DNA of 59,881 nt from a virus (IMGVR_UViG_3300046001_001163:1-59881), one strand, 5' to 3'; positions 16,821 to 26,168 are shown, counted from the first letter of the stretch. Translations and numbers: made by a program. The notes: generated by a model not told the origin, from the letters alone.

Positions 16821-17894
16821 ATGTCACAATTAAACTTTATTAACACAGTAACAATCAACGAACTACGTACAATCATTCCAACTATAGGTGAGCACTTAAC
16901 TCCTATTATCCAGTCTGAACCGGGTTGTGGTAAGACATCGTTACTTGATATGATTCGGGAAGATTTGGGGGATAAATATGATTATATCTATGTTGATTGT
17001 CCAGTTAAGGATATGTCAGACATAGGCATGGTTATTCCGAACCACGCAACACAGAGTTTAGAGTACTACGTAGCAAGCCTTTTCAAATTAGATTCAAATA
17101 AACCTAAAGTAATCTTACTTGACGAGTTCATGAAGTCACCTAAGCTATTGCAAGTAATCTTCACAAGGTTAATGTTAGAAAGAATGGTAGGTGATAGAGC
17201 CTTACCAGCTGGCAGTATAGTATTCGGCACAAGCAACAACGCATCAGATGGTGTGGGTGACTCAATGCTGGCACATGCAGGGAACAGAGTATGTATTCTT
17301 AAAATGGCGAAGCCTACAGTAGACGAGTGGTTGACATGGGCAGGGGAAGCAGGGATTAGTCGAGTCATCAGAGCATGGGTAAATATGTTCCCAAGAGCAC
17401 TGGCATCATACACGAACGGCGACCAGAACGACAACCCATACATTTTCAAACCATCATCGAGTGCTATGTCGTTTTGTTCACCACGTTCATTAGCTAAGGC
17501 AGATGTAATCGTACGTAACACAGACAAGCTAGGTGAGAATGCCACGATGTGTGCGTTAGCAGGAACTATAGGAGCGAGTGCCGCGGGTGATATGGCGGCG
17601 TTTCTATCATTAGAGAAATCATTAATTGATGTTAAGGACATTATCAAAGAACCAAAGATTGTGAAAGTACCAGACGAGATATCAGCGCAGATAATGATTA
17701 TGTTCCAAGCTATAGACATGCTCGACTCGCAAGATGAATTGTCGGCGTTCATGGAGTTTGTAGAGCGTATTAAGTCATCAGAGGTACAGGCTATCTTTTT
17801 CACTATGATGATGCGAGGTAGTAAGAGTGTGCGTCTGGCTAGTAGGAACTTAAAGATTGCGAAATGGGCGGCAGAAAATCACGAGTTGTTCTAA
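16821..17894 (+). CDS. MoxR-like AAA+ ATPase
   Basis: Walker A SEPGCGKT, Walker B ILLDE, sensor GTSN, NR arginine finger, SPRS sensor II. Confidence 0.9.
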   Translation: MSQLNFINTVTINELRTIIPTIGEHLTPIIQSEPGCGKTSLLDMIREDLGDKYDYIYVDCPVKDMSDIGMVIPNHATQSLEYYVASLFKLDSNKPKVILLDEFMKSPKLLQVIFTRLMLERMVGDRALPAGSIVFGTSNNASDGVGDSMLAHAGNRVCILKMAKPTVDEWLTWAGEAGISRVIRAWVNMFPRALASYTNGDQNDNPYIFKPSSSAMSFCSPRSLAKADVIVRNTDKLGENATMCALAGTIGASAAGDMAAFLSLEKSLIDVKDIIKEPKIVKVPDEISAQIMIMFQAIDMLDSQDELSAFMEFVERIKSSEVQAIFFTMMMRGSKSVRLASRNLKIAKWAAENHELF

Positions 17895-17906
17895 TAGGAG
17901 AACATC

Positions 17907-19088
17907 ATGCAAAAGCAAATGACAAGAATAAAGAAAGCCCACGTAGCTATGATGAAGCACCCACAGACGGCGTTATACTCAGGTGTAATGCTAATGGGCA
18001 CATCAGAGGTAGTAGAAGATGCTAAGTTCACAGCGTACACCGATGGAGTTAATAAGAAATATGGGCTTAAGTTCCTTAAGAGTGTAGATAGCAACGCTAA
18101 ACTACGAGGTCTAGTACTGCATGAGAACCTACATGTTGCGCTGAAGCATATCCCACGAGGTGTGGACATGTGGAAGAAAGATAGTAGGATTGCGAACATA
18201 TCAGCAGACTATGTTGTAAATGGAATTATTAAAGACATAGACGGTAAAGTTGCTGGAGGTGTTGAACGTATAGTTGAGCTACCAGATAATGCGTACCAAG
18301 ATGATATGTTTAGAAACTGGAGTATGCGTGAGGTATTTAACTTCTTAATCAAGAACCCACCGCCAGAGGGTAATGGTAATGGTGAGGGTGGTGATGGTGA
18401 TGGTGATGTACATGACTTTGAGAATTGTAAAGACCTAACTCATGAAGAAGCAAAGGCTATGTCTGAGGCAATAGATAAGGCATTGCGTGAGGGTGGCATA
18501 CTTGCAGGGCGAATGGGTGCGACTGTACCGAGAGCTATAGCAGACCTACTAGAGCCGAAGATAGACTGGAGAGAAGTGCTTAGAGAGTTTGTTACATCAG
18601 CTACTAGAGGGAGTGACGAGACTACATGGCGAAGAATGAATAAGAGATACTTAGCCAATGATATGTATGTCGCAGGGTACGAAGCAGAAACTATGGGTGA
18701 AGTTACCATTGCTATAGATACATCAGGTTCTATAGGTAGTGCAGAGCTGACGGAGTTTGCAAGCGAACTGGCATCTATTTGTGGTGTGTGTTGTCCTGAA
18801 CGTGTACGCATTTTGTGGTGGGATACACAGGTACATGGTGAGCAGATATTCGAGACTGACTACGCTGACATAGCCACGCTGTTAAAACCGTTAGGTGGAG
18901 GTGGTACTAACGTATCGTGCGTTAGTGAGTATATTACGAAGCATAAGCTCAATAGTGAGTGTGTGATTGTATTCACAGATGGTTACTTGGAGGACAATAT
19001 TAAATGGAACATAACTATGCCGTCACTATGGCTAGTAACACAGAACAAATCATTTGAACCACCACAAGGTAAGAAGGTAAACGTATGA
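17907..19088 (+). CDS. DUF2201-type metallopeptidase-like + VWA domain protein
   Basis: TAYTDG and HENLH (HExxH) in the N-domain; MIDAS DTSGS, GGGGT and VFTDG in the C-terminal VWA domain. Confidence 0.85.
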   Translation: MQKQMTRIKKAHVAMMKHPQTALYSGVMLMGTSEVVEDAKFTAYTDGVNKKYGLKFLKSVDSNAKLRGLVLHENLHVALKHIPRGVDMWKKDSRIANISADYVVNGIIKDIDGKVAGGVERIVELPDNAYQDDMFRNWSMREVFNFLIKNPPPEGNGNGEGGDGDGDVHDFENCKDLTHEEAKAMSEAIDKALREGGILAGRMGATVPRAIADLLEPKIDWREVLREFVTSATRGSDETTWRRMNKRYLANDMYVAGYEAETMGEVTIAIDTSGSIGSAELTEFASELASICGVCCPERVRILWWDTQVHGEQIFETDYADIATLLKPLGGGGTNVSCVSEYITKHKLNSECVIVFTDGYLEDNIKWNITMPSLWLVTQNKSFEPPQGKKVNV

Positions 19089-19360
19089 GTGCAGTACAAG
19101 AAGTAAGAGAGGAGAAAGCAAGGAAGCTACAGAGCGATGCTGTAAACAGGTATATGAGACTAAAGGAGAATGAGTTAGATACACATAAGAGCGATGCTGA
19201 GAAGTATAAGAACATATGTGTTGGGCTGACGTTAGCCCTAATAATAGCGTTTACAGGGTTAGGGTACAGTCTTAACTATATAGACAATATTAAACCATGT
19301 GAAGTTAAGTACATTAAACCTAACGCTAACGATAAATACATATTAGAGAGATTAAGATAA
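19085..19360 (+). CDS. Hypothetical membrane protein
   Basis: 91 aa with one hydrophobic segment; translationally coupled. Confidence 0.6.
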   Translation: MSAVQEVREEKARKLQSDAVNRYMRLKENELDTHKSDAEKYKNICVGLTLALIIAFTGLGYSLNYIDNIKPCEVKYIKPNANDKYILERLR

Positions 19361-20469
19361 TGAGCACATTAGAAAGAGTAACAACATATAGCCACTGTAT
19401 CCTAGACTACGCGCGACTAGAGCGAGTTACGCAAGGTGAGAAACCATATAGAGGAACAACAGATAGATATCCACTAGAAGAAAGAAGATATGCAACAAAA
19501 TGCTTTAGAGAAGAAACTTTAAACGGTGAGAAAGTATATAGGGTATACAGAGACCATAACTATGAGGCAAAGTTTATAACTGTGGAAGAGTATAACGCCA
19601 TGCCAAGAGCTAAACGAAATAAAGTACACCCCGATGCGACTGATAGACCAGACGAACTTAGACGCTATAAGATGTATGAGAGAACACCATGTGAGATAGG
19701 CATAGTGTACCCAGACAATTCGTTTGAGTTTACTGCGAAGTTTGGTTGGGGGGGTCTTCCACAAGGGCTTAAGATAGCAATGAGCTACAACTGGCTGGGT
19801 AGGGCATCTCTATGTACAAGTAGCAAACATGGTGGGGCGTTATTATCAGGTGGTGGTGTGATAGGTAATAATTATGGATTCACTCACCCTGTGTTTAATG
19901 GACTACGTGTGTATGTGAATACATTAGAGTTGCATGAGTCATGCAGTTACGAGGTATCAGGCTATAAGACTAATAATAAAGCTGTAAAGGCAGTCTTTGA
20001 ACCATATAAGGAATTATTTACTGTAGCTGACGTAATGTTTAGAAACATGAGAGATGAGGACATTATAGAGATGGTTAAAGAGGTTACTCCAGAGACTCTT
20101 ACTTCTTATAGTTACCATAACTATTTAATAGAAAATGAGGAAGAGTATGAAATTGCGCTTAATAACTACGTAGAGGAGCTTGCTGTTAATCCCCTACTAT
20201 CTACGTTAGGTATTGCGTCACTAGGTAATGTCAATAAGCTAAGAGAGCATGTGAGATGGGCTATTAATTATTCTAGACCTATTCTTACAGGGCTTAACAG
20301 GGCTACCCTTGTCGCTAACACAGCTAAGGCATTCAAGCACAAACTATGTAGAGAAGATAGAGATACCTTACTAGTAAAGGTAGCGTATGAGTCTACTAAA
20401 AGGTTCCCTGCGAGCATATGGGGTAACGAGGTTAGAGTAACTGGCATCTTAGTAGAGCAATATAAATAA
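19360..20469 (+). CDS. Hypothetical protein
   Basis: 369-aa ORF in the operon; no motif recognised. Confidence 0.75.
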   Translation: MSTLERVTTYSHCILDYARLERVTQGEKPYRGTTDRYPLEERRYATKCFREETLNGEKVYRVYRDHNYEAKFITVEEYNAMPRAKRNKVHPDATDRPDELRRYKMYERTPCEIGIVYPDNSFEFTAKFGWGGLPQGLKIAMSYNWLGRASLCTSSKHGGALLSGGGVIGNNYGFTHPVFNGLRVYVNTLELHESCSYEVSGYKTNNKAVKAVFEPYKELFTVADVMFRNMRDEDIIEMVKEVTPETLTSYSYHNYLIENEEEYEIALNNYVEELAVNPLLSTLGIASLGNVNKLREHVRWAINYSRPILTGLNRATLVANTAKAFKHKLCREDRDTLLVKVAYESTKRFPASIWGNEVRVTGILVEQYK

Positions 20470-20507
20470 CATGTGGACAACTGTCCATACAATAATTGGA
20501 GCAAACA

Positions 20508-21503
20508 ATGAACGCTAGAGATTATATAAACACAAACTCAGTAATGTTAGACGGTGACTGGGAATCACTACATAAGATTATAGATGATTCACAAGTAGAG
20601 AAGATAGTAAAGTGGTTACACAAAACATATGGCTTGCAAGTGTATAGAATAAAAGAATTAAATACGTCTATATGTATGGCTTACGGCGATGGGTTTCATG
20701 TGTGTGAGTTGTATGCTATTACTAAAGAGATTCCTGATTATAATAGTGTTGCTTATGAAGTCACTAAAGCTTACGAAACTACGTACTACTACGTGTCACC
20801 GTTCAATCTTAGAGATAAATACTCTAGGGAGTATAGGAACGACACTAGAGCAAGTAAGGGTCTAACTAACTTGATGAACATTATAAAGAAGATAATACCA
20901 ATAGAAAAAAGTGTTAATAGTAAAGTTATACATGGCTTTTGTGAGTTGAAAGAAACTATAGAAAAAACAGTACAAGGTATTGACTACAAGAGTAGGTATG
21001 AGCTAGAAGATGGTATGGTTCATGCGTTATTACAGAAAGTATTAGGTGGTAGTAAAGTTGTAGAGTACACATTAGATGTAGAGTTGGCAAGTAGTGTCCT
21101 TATTAAATGGGATAGTGCAGATGCAACTGCATTGGCAAGACGTACAATTTCCTCTCAGTTTCTAGAGAAACCGCTGACTGCGCTCGGAGTAAATATAGAT
21201 GGAACCTATATGATAGGAACTATACAAAAAGATATGTCCTCATGTGTCAATGAATTGTATACAATACTCACCCCATTCAAGCGTATTAGTAAATATAGTT
21301 TAGAAGAGTACCCTATGGCTCAAGCAATGGTAACTATGTTTAGTGTAGTAAATGAAGATAAACAAAAATGTATTGGGTTTATACCTAGTATCGGTGGGTA
21401 CAATGATGATTTAAATGTTATATCAATACCAATAGCTAATAGCTACAGCGGTGAGAGTGGACAATTAGGAGGTATGGGATGGCTTTTGATGCCAGCAGAT
21501 TAA
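20508..21503 (+). CDS. Hypothetical protein
   Basis: Start moved to ATG 20508 (GGAG SD); no motif recognised. Confidence 0.7.
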   Translation: MNARDYINTNSVMLDGDWESLHKIIDDSQVEKIVKWLHKTYGLQVYRIKELNTSICMAYGDGFHVCELYAITKEIPDYNSVAYEVTKAYETTYYYVSPFNLRDKYSREYRNDTRASKGLTNLMNIIKKIIPIEKSVNSKVIHGFCELKETIEKTVQGIDYKSRYELEDGMVHALLQKVLGGSKVVEYTLDVELASSVLIKWDSADATALARRTISSQFLEKPLTALGVNIDGTYMIGTIQKDMSSCVNELYTILTPFKRISKYSLEEYPMAQAMVTMFSVVNEDKQKCIGFIPSIGGYNDDLNVISIPIANSYSGESGQLGGMGWLLMPAD

Positions 21504-21886
21504 CACCAATAAAAATATTCTTTTGTAACAAGAGTATATGGAGAGTACCACTATACAAACCTATTGATGGTGATTACACGCTGTTTGTAAACACAGGGTT
21601 TACAAGAACATTCACTGATAAAACTTTACCACGAAGTTTAAAAAGCTCTATAGCAATGATACTGGCTAGTGATTATCAGTATCTATCATCAGATGAAGAA
21701 GTAAATGAGTACAATGTTTTTACCGCCCCACTAGGAGTAGATGTTACATGGTTCAATATAGGGTGGAAAATATCACCGTCATGGTTCTGTATGTGTATGC
21801 AGGCAGACCAAATAACTTCACTAAAAGGAATAATAAATGAAAACATTATTAGTAATAGCAATGATGATGACAACTACGGTAGCTAA
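21479..21886 (+). CDS. Hypothetical protein
   Basis: 135 aa; GGAGG upstream. Confidence 0.65.
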   Translation: MAFDASRLTPIKIFFCNKSIWRVPLYKPIDGDYTLFVNTGFTRTFTDKTLPRSLKSSIAMILASDYQYLSSDEEVNEYNVFTAPLGVDVTWFNIGWKISPSWFCMCMQADQITSLKGIINENIISNSNDDDNYGS

Positions 21887-22100
21887 TGCAGTAGATGCAC
21901 CTGACTATGGGTATGGCTATAGATATCATGGGTACAACTCACTTGAGCAACAACAAGAAGCCCAACGTAATCAGTATAACTTACAGCAGATAGAGCAGAC
22001 GCAGTTAGATGTACAGGTACTAAACAAACTAAACGGAGGACAAGAGCCTATGTTTAGAGATTTATATGGAGATATGCTAGACACAACGGGCGAAGAATAA
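21837..22100 (+). CDS. Putative secreted/periplasmic small protein
   Basis: Signal-peptide-like N-terminus MKTLLVIAMMMTTTVANA. Confidence 0.6.
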   Translation: MKTLLVIAMMMTTTVANAVDAPDYGYGYRYHGYNSLEQQQEAQRNQYNLQQIEQTQLDVQVLNKLNGGQEPMFRDLYGDMLDTTGEE

Positions 22101-22105
22101 CAGAC

Positions 22106-22134
22106 AAAAAAAGGGCTACTTTTTAAGGTAGCCC
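22106..22134 (-). terminator. Terminator-like hairpin oriented against the plus-strand operon
   Basis: Minus strand: GGGCTAC-8 nt-GTAGCCC-TTTTTTT. Confidence 0.55.
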
Positions 22135-22170
22135 ACATGAGCGCAAAGCGCACACATCAGGATTAATACA

Positions 22171-22779
22171 ATGAGTAATAAAGATATCACAGAAATAGCA
22201 TACCGTAAACAATATTATCGAGATAACCTTGAGAAAAAAAGGGAGGACGCTAGAAAATACTATCATCGGAACAAGGAGGTTCTTAATGCAGAGAAGAGGG
22301 AGAAGACAACTATTAAAAAAGCCACCGCACTTGCAGAGAAATTAAGAACAGAGGGTGTAATTGTTGAAGTCCCTAAGATACCTAAACGTATCCCTAACCG
22401 CACTAAATCTACGGAAACACTCAGAGCTGAAAGAAGTAACAATACATATAACATGGCTGAACTAGCTAAAATAATAGGTATTACATACTCTAAACTGAGG
22501 TCTAAAGTAGCAGTAAACCCACGCTATATGATGCCTAAGCACATGTATATCATGATGGATGGTAGTAAAATTTATAACAAAGCTGAGATAGATGAGTGGT
22601 TGCCATACATAATAGACCTACTAGCATTTGACCCCTGCTCTAACAAGAAGAATCGTATTACTCTATCTGGCAATGCAGTACTAACAATAAATTTCTTACA
22701 TAAAAATAAAAAAGTAGTTAAGTACTGTGATGATATAAGACTTAGACAACTATTAGATGGGAGGATTAACAATGGATAG
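22171..22779 (+). CDS. Putative DNA-binding protein (excisionase/AlpA-like winged HTH)
   Basis: Basic N-terminus; YNMAELAKIIGITYSKLRS...PK...KIYNKAEIDEW. Confidence 0.6.
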   Translation: MSNKDITEIAYRKQYYRDNLEKKREDARKYYHRNKEVLNAEKREKTTIKKATALAEKLRTEGVIVEVPKIPKRIPNRTKSTETLRAERSNNTYNMAELAKIIGITYSKLRSKVAVNPRYMMPKHMYIMMDGSKIYNKAEIDEWLPYIIDLLAFDPCSNKKNRITLSGNAVLTINFLHKNKKVVKYCDDIRLRQLLDGRINNG

Positions 22780-23032
22780 AGACGATGATTTTGCATTAGC
22801 AATAAAAGTACTATACAGCAGGGGGTACAGTTTAGCTTCTATGGCTAGAACAATGGGGGCACCTATCAGTACGTTGAGTACCGTCAAGCAAGAATCTAAA
22901 GACCCCCCAGCGCATTGGTATACAGAATATGAGGGCATCGCGTTAGCAGAATATTATAATAAAGTAACAGGTGAAGTAATGCCAAAAGTAGGAGACCACA
23001 TAGATATAGAGGGTGAAGATTATGAGAACTAA
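22772..23032 (+). CDS. Putative HTH protein
   Basis: GYSLASMARTMGAPISTLSTVK; start moved to 22772 (GAGGA SD). Confidence 0.55.
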   Translation: MDRDDDFALAIKVLYSRGYSLASMARTMGAPISTLSTVKQESKDPPAHWYTEYEGIALAEYYNKVTGEVMPKVGDHIDIEGEDYEN

Positions 23033-23318
23033 AGAGGGCGTAGTTAAAGATAAGGTAGTAGGCGTATTAAAAGCCGCTGATGTATGGTATTTCTTTCCAG
23101 CGGCTAATGGTTACGGTAGGTCAGCTATCCCAGATATCATATGCTGTGTACGAGGGCACTTCTTAGCTATTGAATGTAAGGCTGATAATCTTAAGCCAAC
23201 GGCGTTACAGGAGCGTGAGTTAGGTAAGATTATAGCAAGTGGAGGAACTGGCATCTGTATAAATGCAGAGAACGTAGACCAATTAGAAAACATTTTGAGG
23301 GGGATAGATGAAACTTAA
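23022..23318 (+). CDS. VRR-NUC domain nuclease
   Basis: E..V...IPDII...FLAIECKA...PTALQ PD-(D/E)xK pattern. Confidence 0.85.
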   Translation: MRTKEGVVKDKVVGVLKAADVWYFFPAANGYGRSAIPDIICCVRGHFLAIECKADNLKPTALQERELGKIIASGGTGICINAENVDQLENILRGIDET

Positions 23319-23435
23319 AAATAGATGGTGTCGTATAGCGTGGTTTTTAGATGGCAAGAGAGTCGGTATATATAAATTTGATACTTTACCACCTATACGA
23401 AGCCGACCCCAAAACAGTATGTACTGGAGAAAGAA

Positions 23436-23612
23436 ATGAAATTATATGAATTACCAAGAGATAGTAGATTCACCCTAGTAGACGATGATAGCAACACCGT
23501 GTTCACACTCGAACGTATAGATGGTATGTACTCTAGGTGTTACTTAGGTGACGCCCTTGTGCATATATCAGCCTGTGCTGAAGTTGAGGAGGTGTGTGAT
23601 GAAACTAAATGA
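23436..23612 (+). CDS. Small hypothetical protein (58 aa)
   Basis: Read by hand: MKLYELPRDSRF...IDGMYSRC; GGAG SD. Confidence 0.6.
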   Translation: MKLYELPRDSRFTLVDDDSNTVFTLERIDGMYSRCYLGDALVHISACAEVEEVCDETK

Positions 23613-23811
23613 ATTGGACACCTTCCCTGAACTGGGCAATACAATAGTTCTTGACGGTAACGTATATGTTAAGAAGCAAGAGCCTTTAACACGACAACAA
23701 ATCAGCGAGGGTAATCAATCAATGTTTAACGCTACGAGAGATGCTTTTGTAATGGGTGTTATCTTTGCTGAGAAGATGCACGGTATAAGGAGCTTTGATG
23801 ATGAGTCGTGA
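23599..23811 (+). CDS. Hypothetical protein
   Basis: Start moved to ATG 23599 after GGAGG; EPLT...EKMHGI module. Confidence 0.6.
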   Translation: MKLNELDTFPELGNTIVLDGNVYVKKQEPLTRQQISEGNQSMFNATRDAFVMGVIFAEKMHGIRSFDDES

Positions 23812-24094
23812 AAGAGAGCTATTGAAACAGGTTGTTGAAAATTTTGCTTATGTTCAGGATATGCACTTGATAGTCGCAATTCAAAAGCTACTTAACCAAC
23901 CTGAGCAAGAGCCTGTGGCTTGGATGAATGATTCGGGTGGTTGCTTTTTATCAGACGGTAACAAGTATAGTGAGCAGTGGACACCCCTATACGCATCACC
24001 ACCAAAGCAAGAGCTGTTGAGTGATGAACAAAAAAGATTAGCGGCTATAGCTATTAAACAACGTGAGGCACACGGCATTGGAGGTGGGGAATGA
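23795..24094 (+). CDS. Hypothetical protein (QEPVAW...PLY module)
   Basis: 99 aa; modular motif common in phage accessory ORFs. Confidence 0.65.
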   Translation: MMMSRERELLKQVVENFAYVQDMHLIVAIQKLLNQPEQEPVAWMNDSGGCFLSDGNKYSEQWTPLYASPPKQELLSDEQKRLAAIAIKQREAHGIGGGE

Positions 24095-24339
24095 GTAAGA
24101 AAGATTTAGAGAAAGAAATAAATATACTAGAGCATGAAATATTTATAGAAAGGGTTTTAACTAGAGCAATGGGTAAAAATACTATATCCCTGCGTGACCA
24201 CTTTGCTGGCTTGGCTATGCAGGGTATGTTGACAAAAGTATCTACTACAGTGGGAGCAGATTCAGTTGCTATGGCGGCATACCACGTGGCACATCAAATG
24301 TTAAAGGAAAGAAGTAGGGGGGAGAAAAGAGATGATTAA
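24091..24339 (+). CDS. Hypothetical protein (LRD.FA..AMQG family)
   Basis: SLRDHFAGLAMQG...AYHVAHQMLKER. Confidence 0.65.
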   Translation: MSKKDLEKEINILEHEIFIERVLTRAMGKNTISLRDHFAGLAMQGMLTKVSTTVGADSVAMAAYHVAHQMLKERSRGEKRDD

Positions 24340-24581
24340 AGAATGGCTTATGCTTATGGGTGAAGTATTTATGTTTAATATGGTTGTTTTGTTTTTTGCT
24401 GTTATTACTACAATAATAATTAATTACTTCCTTGGAAACGTGGGGATATGTTAATGACACTTCAACTAATAGTTTTAGCAGTAGAGATAGTAACTCTTAT
24501 ATGGATGATCCCTATTTTGATAAATGTAAACAAAATAGACAGGGATTTGAAAGCTATGAACGAGAGACTGGGAGAAAAGAG

Positions 24582-24761
24582 ATGAGTGAGATAACATTAA
24601 GAGACACCATAGCTATAGCGGCTATGCAGGGGTTTATTCAGTACATGGGTTGCGACCCAGAGGCACAGTTTCATGGTAAGGAAGAGAAGAATAAGGATGT
24701 GCTAACTAAGTCGGCTTACGCCTACGCAGATGCAATGTTAAAAGAAAGGAAAAAGAAATGA
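24582..24761 (+). CDS. Hypothetical protein, paralogue of ORF 24091
   Basis: Start moved to 24582; TLRDTIAIAAMQG...AYAYADAMLKER. Confidence 0.65.
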   Translation: MSEITLRDTIAIAAMQGFIQYMGCDPEAQFHGKEEKNKDVLTKSAYAYADAMLKERKKK

Positions 24762-24994
24762 AAAGAATAATAGACGAAGAAGAACAAGCCTATCTAGACG
24801 AACGAATAATAGCAGATCATTTAAAAATAAAACTAATTAAGAAATTACGTAAATGTTCTGAAATTATAGATGAGATGGGGCATACACCAAGCCGTCAATG
24901 TTTAGAACAACGGATACTCTCAATAATATGGGAGCTAAGAGATGGGTTTAAGGAGGACAGGGGACTGGGGTTTAGAGGAGTAGATAATGAGTAA
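24758..24994 (+). CDS. Hypothetical protein
   Basis: 78 aa; coupled start. Confidence 0.55.
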   Translation: MKRIIDEEEQAYLDERIIADHLKIKLIKKLRKCSEIIDEMGHTPSRQCLEQRILSIIWELRDGFKEDRGLGFRGVDNE

Positions 24995-25363
24995 AGAAGA
25001 GCTACAAGCTAAAGCTGCAGTTGCAAAGGCTAAGTGTAACGGTTGGGAGGACACTCATGATGGGTCTTATGAAGCTTGCCTATCCTATTGTGGGTATTAT
25101 GCTATACTAGCTGACATTTCAAAACTTGAAAATGGTGAGGAAGATAATGAGATTTTATAATGCAGATGAAAGTGAAAAACGAGCTACAAAATACTATGTG
25201 TATGGCGTGATACTAACAGCCTTGCTTCTTACGTCAATAATATTTAACGCTACTTTGTTAGCACATTGTTGAGTTATGGCAAACAAAACTAGCAATAAGC
25301 GAAGAACAACATGGGTATTAACTATATCCTTACGAAACCCTTTCCGAGCATGTGAGAAAAGTT

Positions 25364-25561
25364 ATGGCTGACATCGCTGATCGGGCAAACGACCAAGCCC
25401 AACTTATCTTGGATAAGCAAATATCTTTACAACGTGGTGAACCATTAGATATATTTCAAAATGATTCAGGTCAGTGTTGGGAGTGCGATGCTCCTGTGTC
25501 AGATGGTAGGCGGTGGTGTAGTAAAGAATGTACTGAAAGCGCAGAGAGGAGTGGATGGTGA
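25364..25561 (+). CDS. DksA/TraR-like C4 zinc-finger protein
   Basis: MADIADRA N-terminal DxxD motif; CWEC...RRWCSKEC. Confidence 0.65.
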   Translation: MADIADRANDQAQLILDKQISLQRGEPLDIFQNDSGQCWECDAPVSDGRRWCSKECTESAERSGW

Positions 25562-25827
25562 CTAGAGAGGACTTACAAAAAGTAGTGGATGAGTTAATGC
25601 CGGGGCTTAAGTTACCAGACCCTCGCACTGAAGAAGAATTTCTAGCAGAAGACAATCGTACAACTCTAGGACTACAAGGGTTTAAACAACGTGAGTTACA
25701 TACAGTTATGTGGGCGTTGCGAGAGTTTGCAGATGCAGCTGGAATAGAGTTACATAATGGTATTAAAGAAAGGTATGACGCAGAACGAAAAACTTACGGG
25801 ATAAGTCTTAGATTTTATAAAAAATGA
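25555..25827 (+). CDS. Hypothetical protein
   Basis: 90 aa; GAGGAG SD. Confidence 0.6.
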   Translation: MVTREDLQKVVDELMPGLKLPDPRTEEEFLAEDNRTTLGLQGFKQRELHTVMWALREFADAAGIELHNGIKERYDAERKTYGISLRFYKK

Positions 25828-26168
25828 AATGGGCTGACTTCATATTCCCCCCTATAAACCTTTGGTGCTACCCTAAACAATATGAGGACTATGAGATGCT
25901 TAATGAGGAAACAACAGTGAAACCGATGTGGAAAATAAAAGAAAGTTCTAAACCTGACCCTGTTAACAGTCCTAGTCACTACACACATGGCGGGGTTGAA
26001 ACAATAGACTATATAGAAGCTAAGGGGCTTGACAAAGATTTTTGCCTAGCTAATGTGATTAAGTATGTGTCTCGTGCAGGATACAAGATAAGCAAGCTGG
26101 AAGATTTAAAGAAAGCGCAATACTACCTAAACCGTAGGATTAAAAGCTTAGAAGCGTCAGAGGAGTGA
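25824..26168 (+). CDS. DUF3310 (T7 gp1.7/SaV-like) protein
   Basis: DPVNSPSHYT.GGVETIDYI...NVIKYVSRAG.K...EDLKKAQYYL. Confidence 0.85.
   Translation: MKWADFIFPPINLWCYPKQYEDYEMLNEETTVKPMWKIKESSKPDPVNSPSHYTHGGVETIDYIEAKGLDKDFCLANVIKYVSRAGYKISKLEDLKKAQYYLNRRIKSLEASEE

Larger units (their letters stand above)
11912..20487. repeat. Dispersed palindrome (TGT)GGACA-NN-TGTCC(ACA), 7 copies
   Basis: Copies at 11912-11925, 12887-12904, 14038-14052, 14977-14994, 15620-15637, 16780-16795 and 20472-20487. Confidence 0.9.

Noticed and set aside
17066-17803. 245-aa antisense ORF, and similar shadow ORFs (9497-9940, 27221-27676, 34393-35106, 52708-53256)
   Set aside because: They lie opposite well-supported genes and show the S/I/L/V-rich composition expected of antisense frames.
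24432-24581. N-terminal extension of ORF 24432
   Set aside because: TTG start without SD; the recognisable module begins at ATG 24582 after GGAG, and another short ORF occupies this stretch in a different frame.
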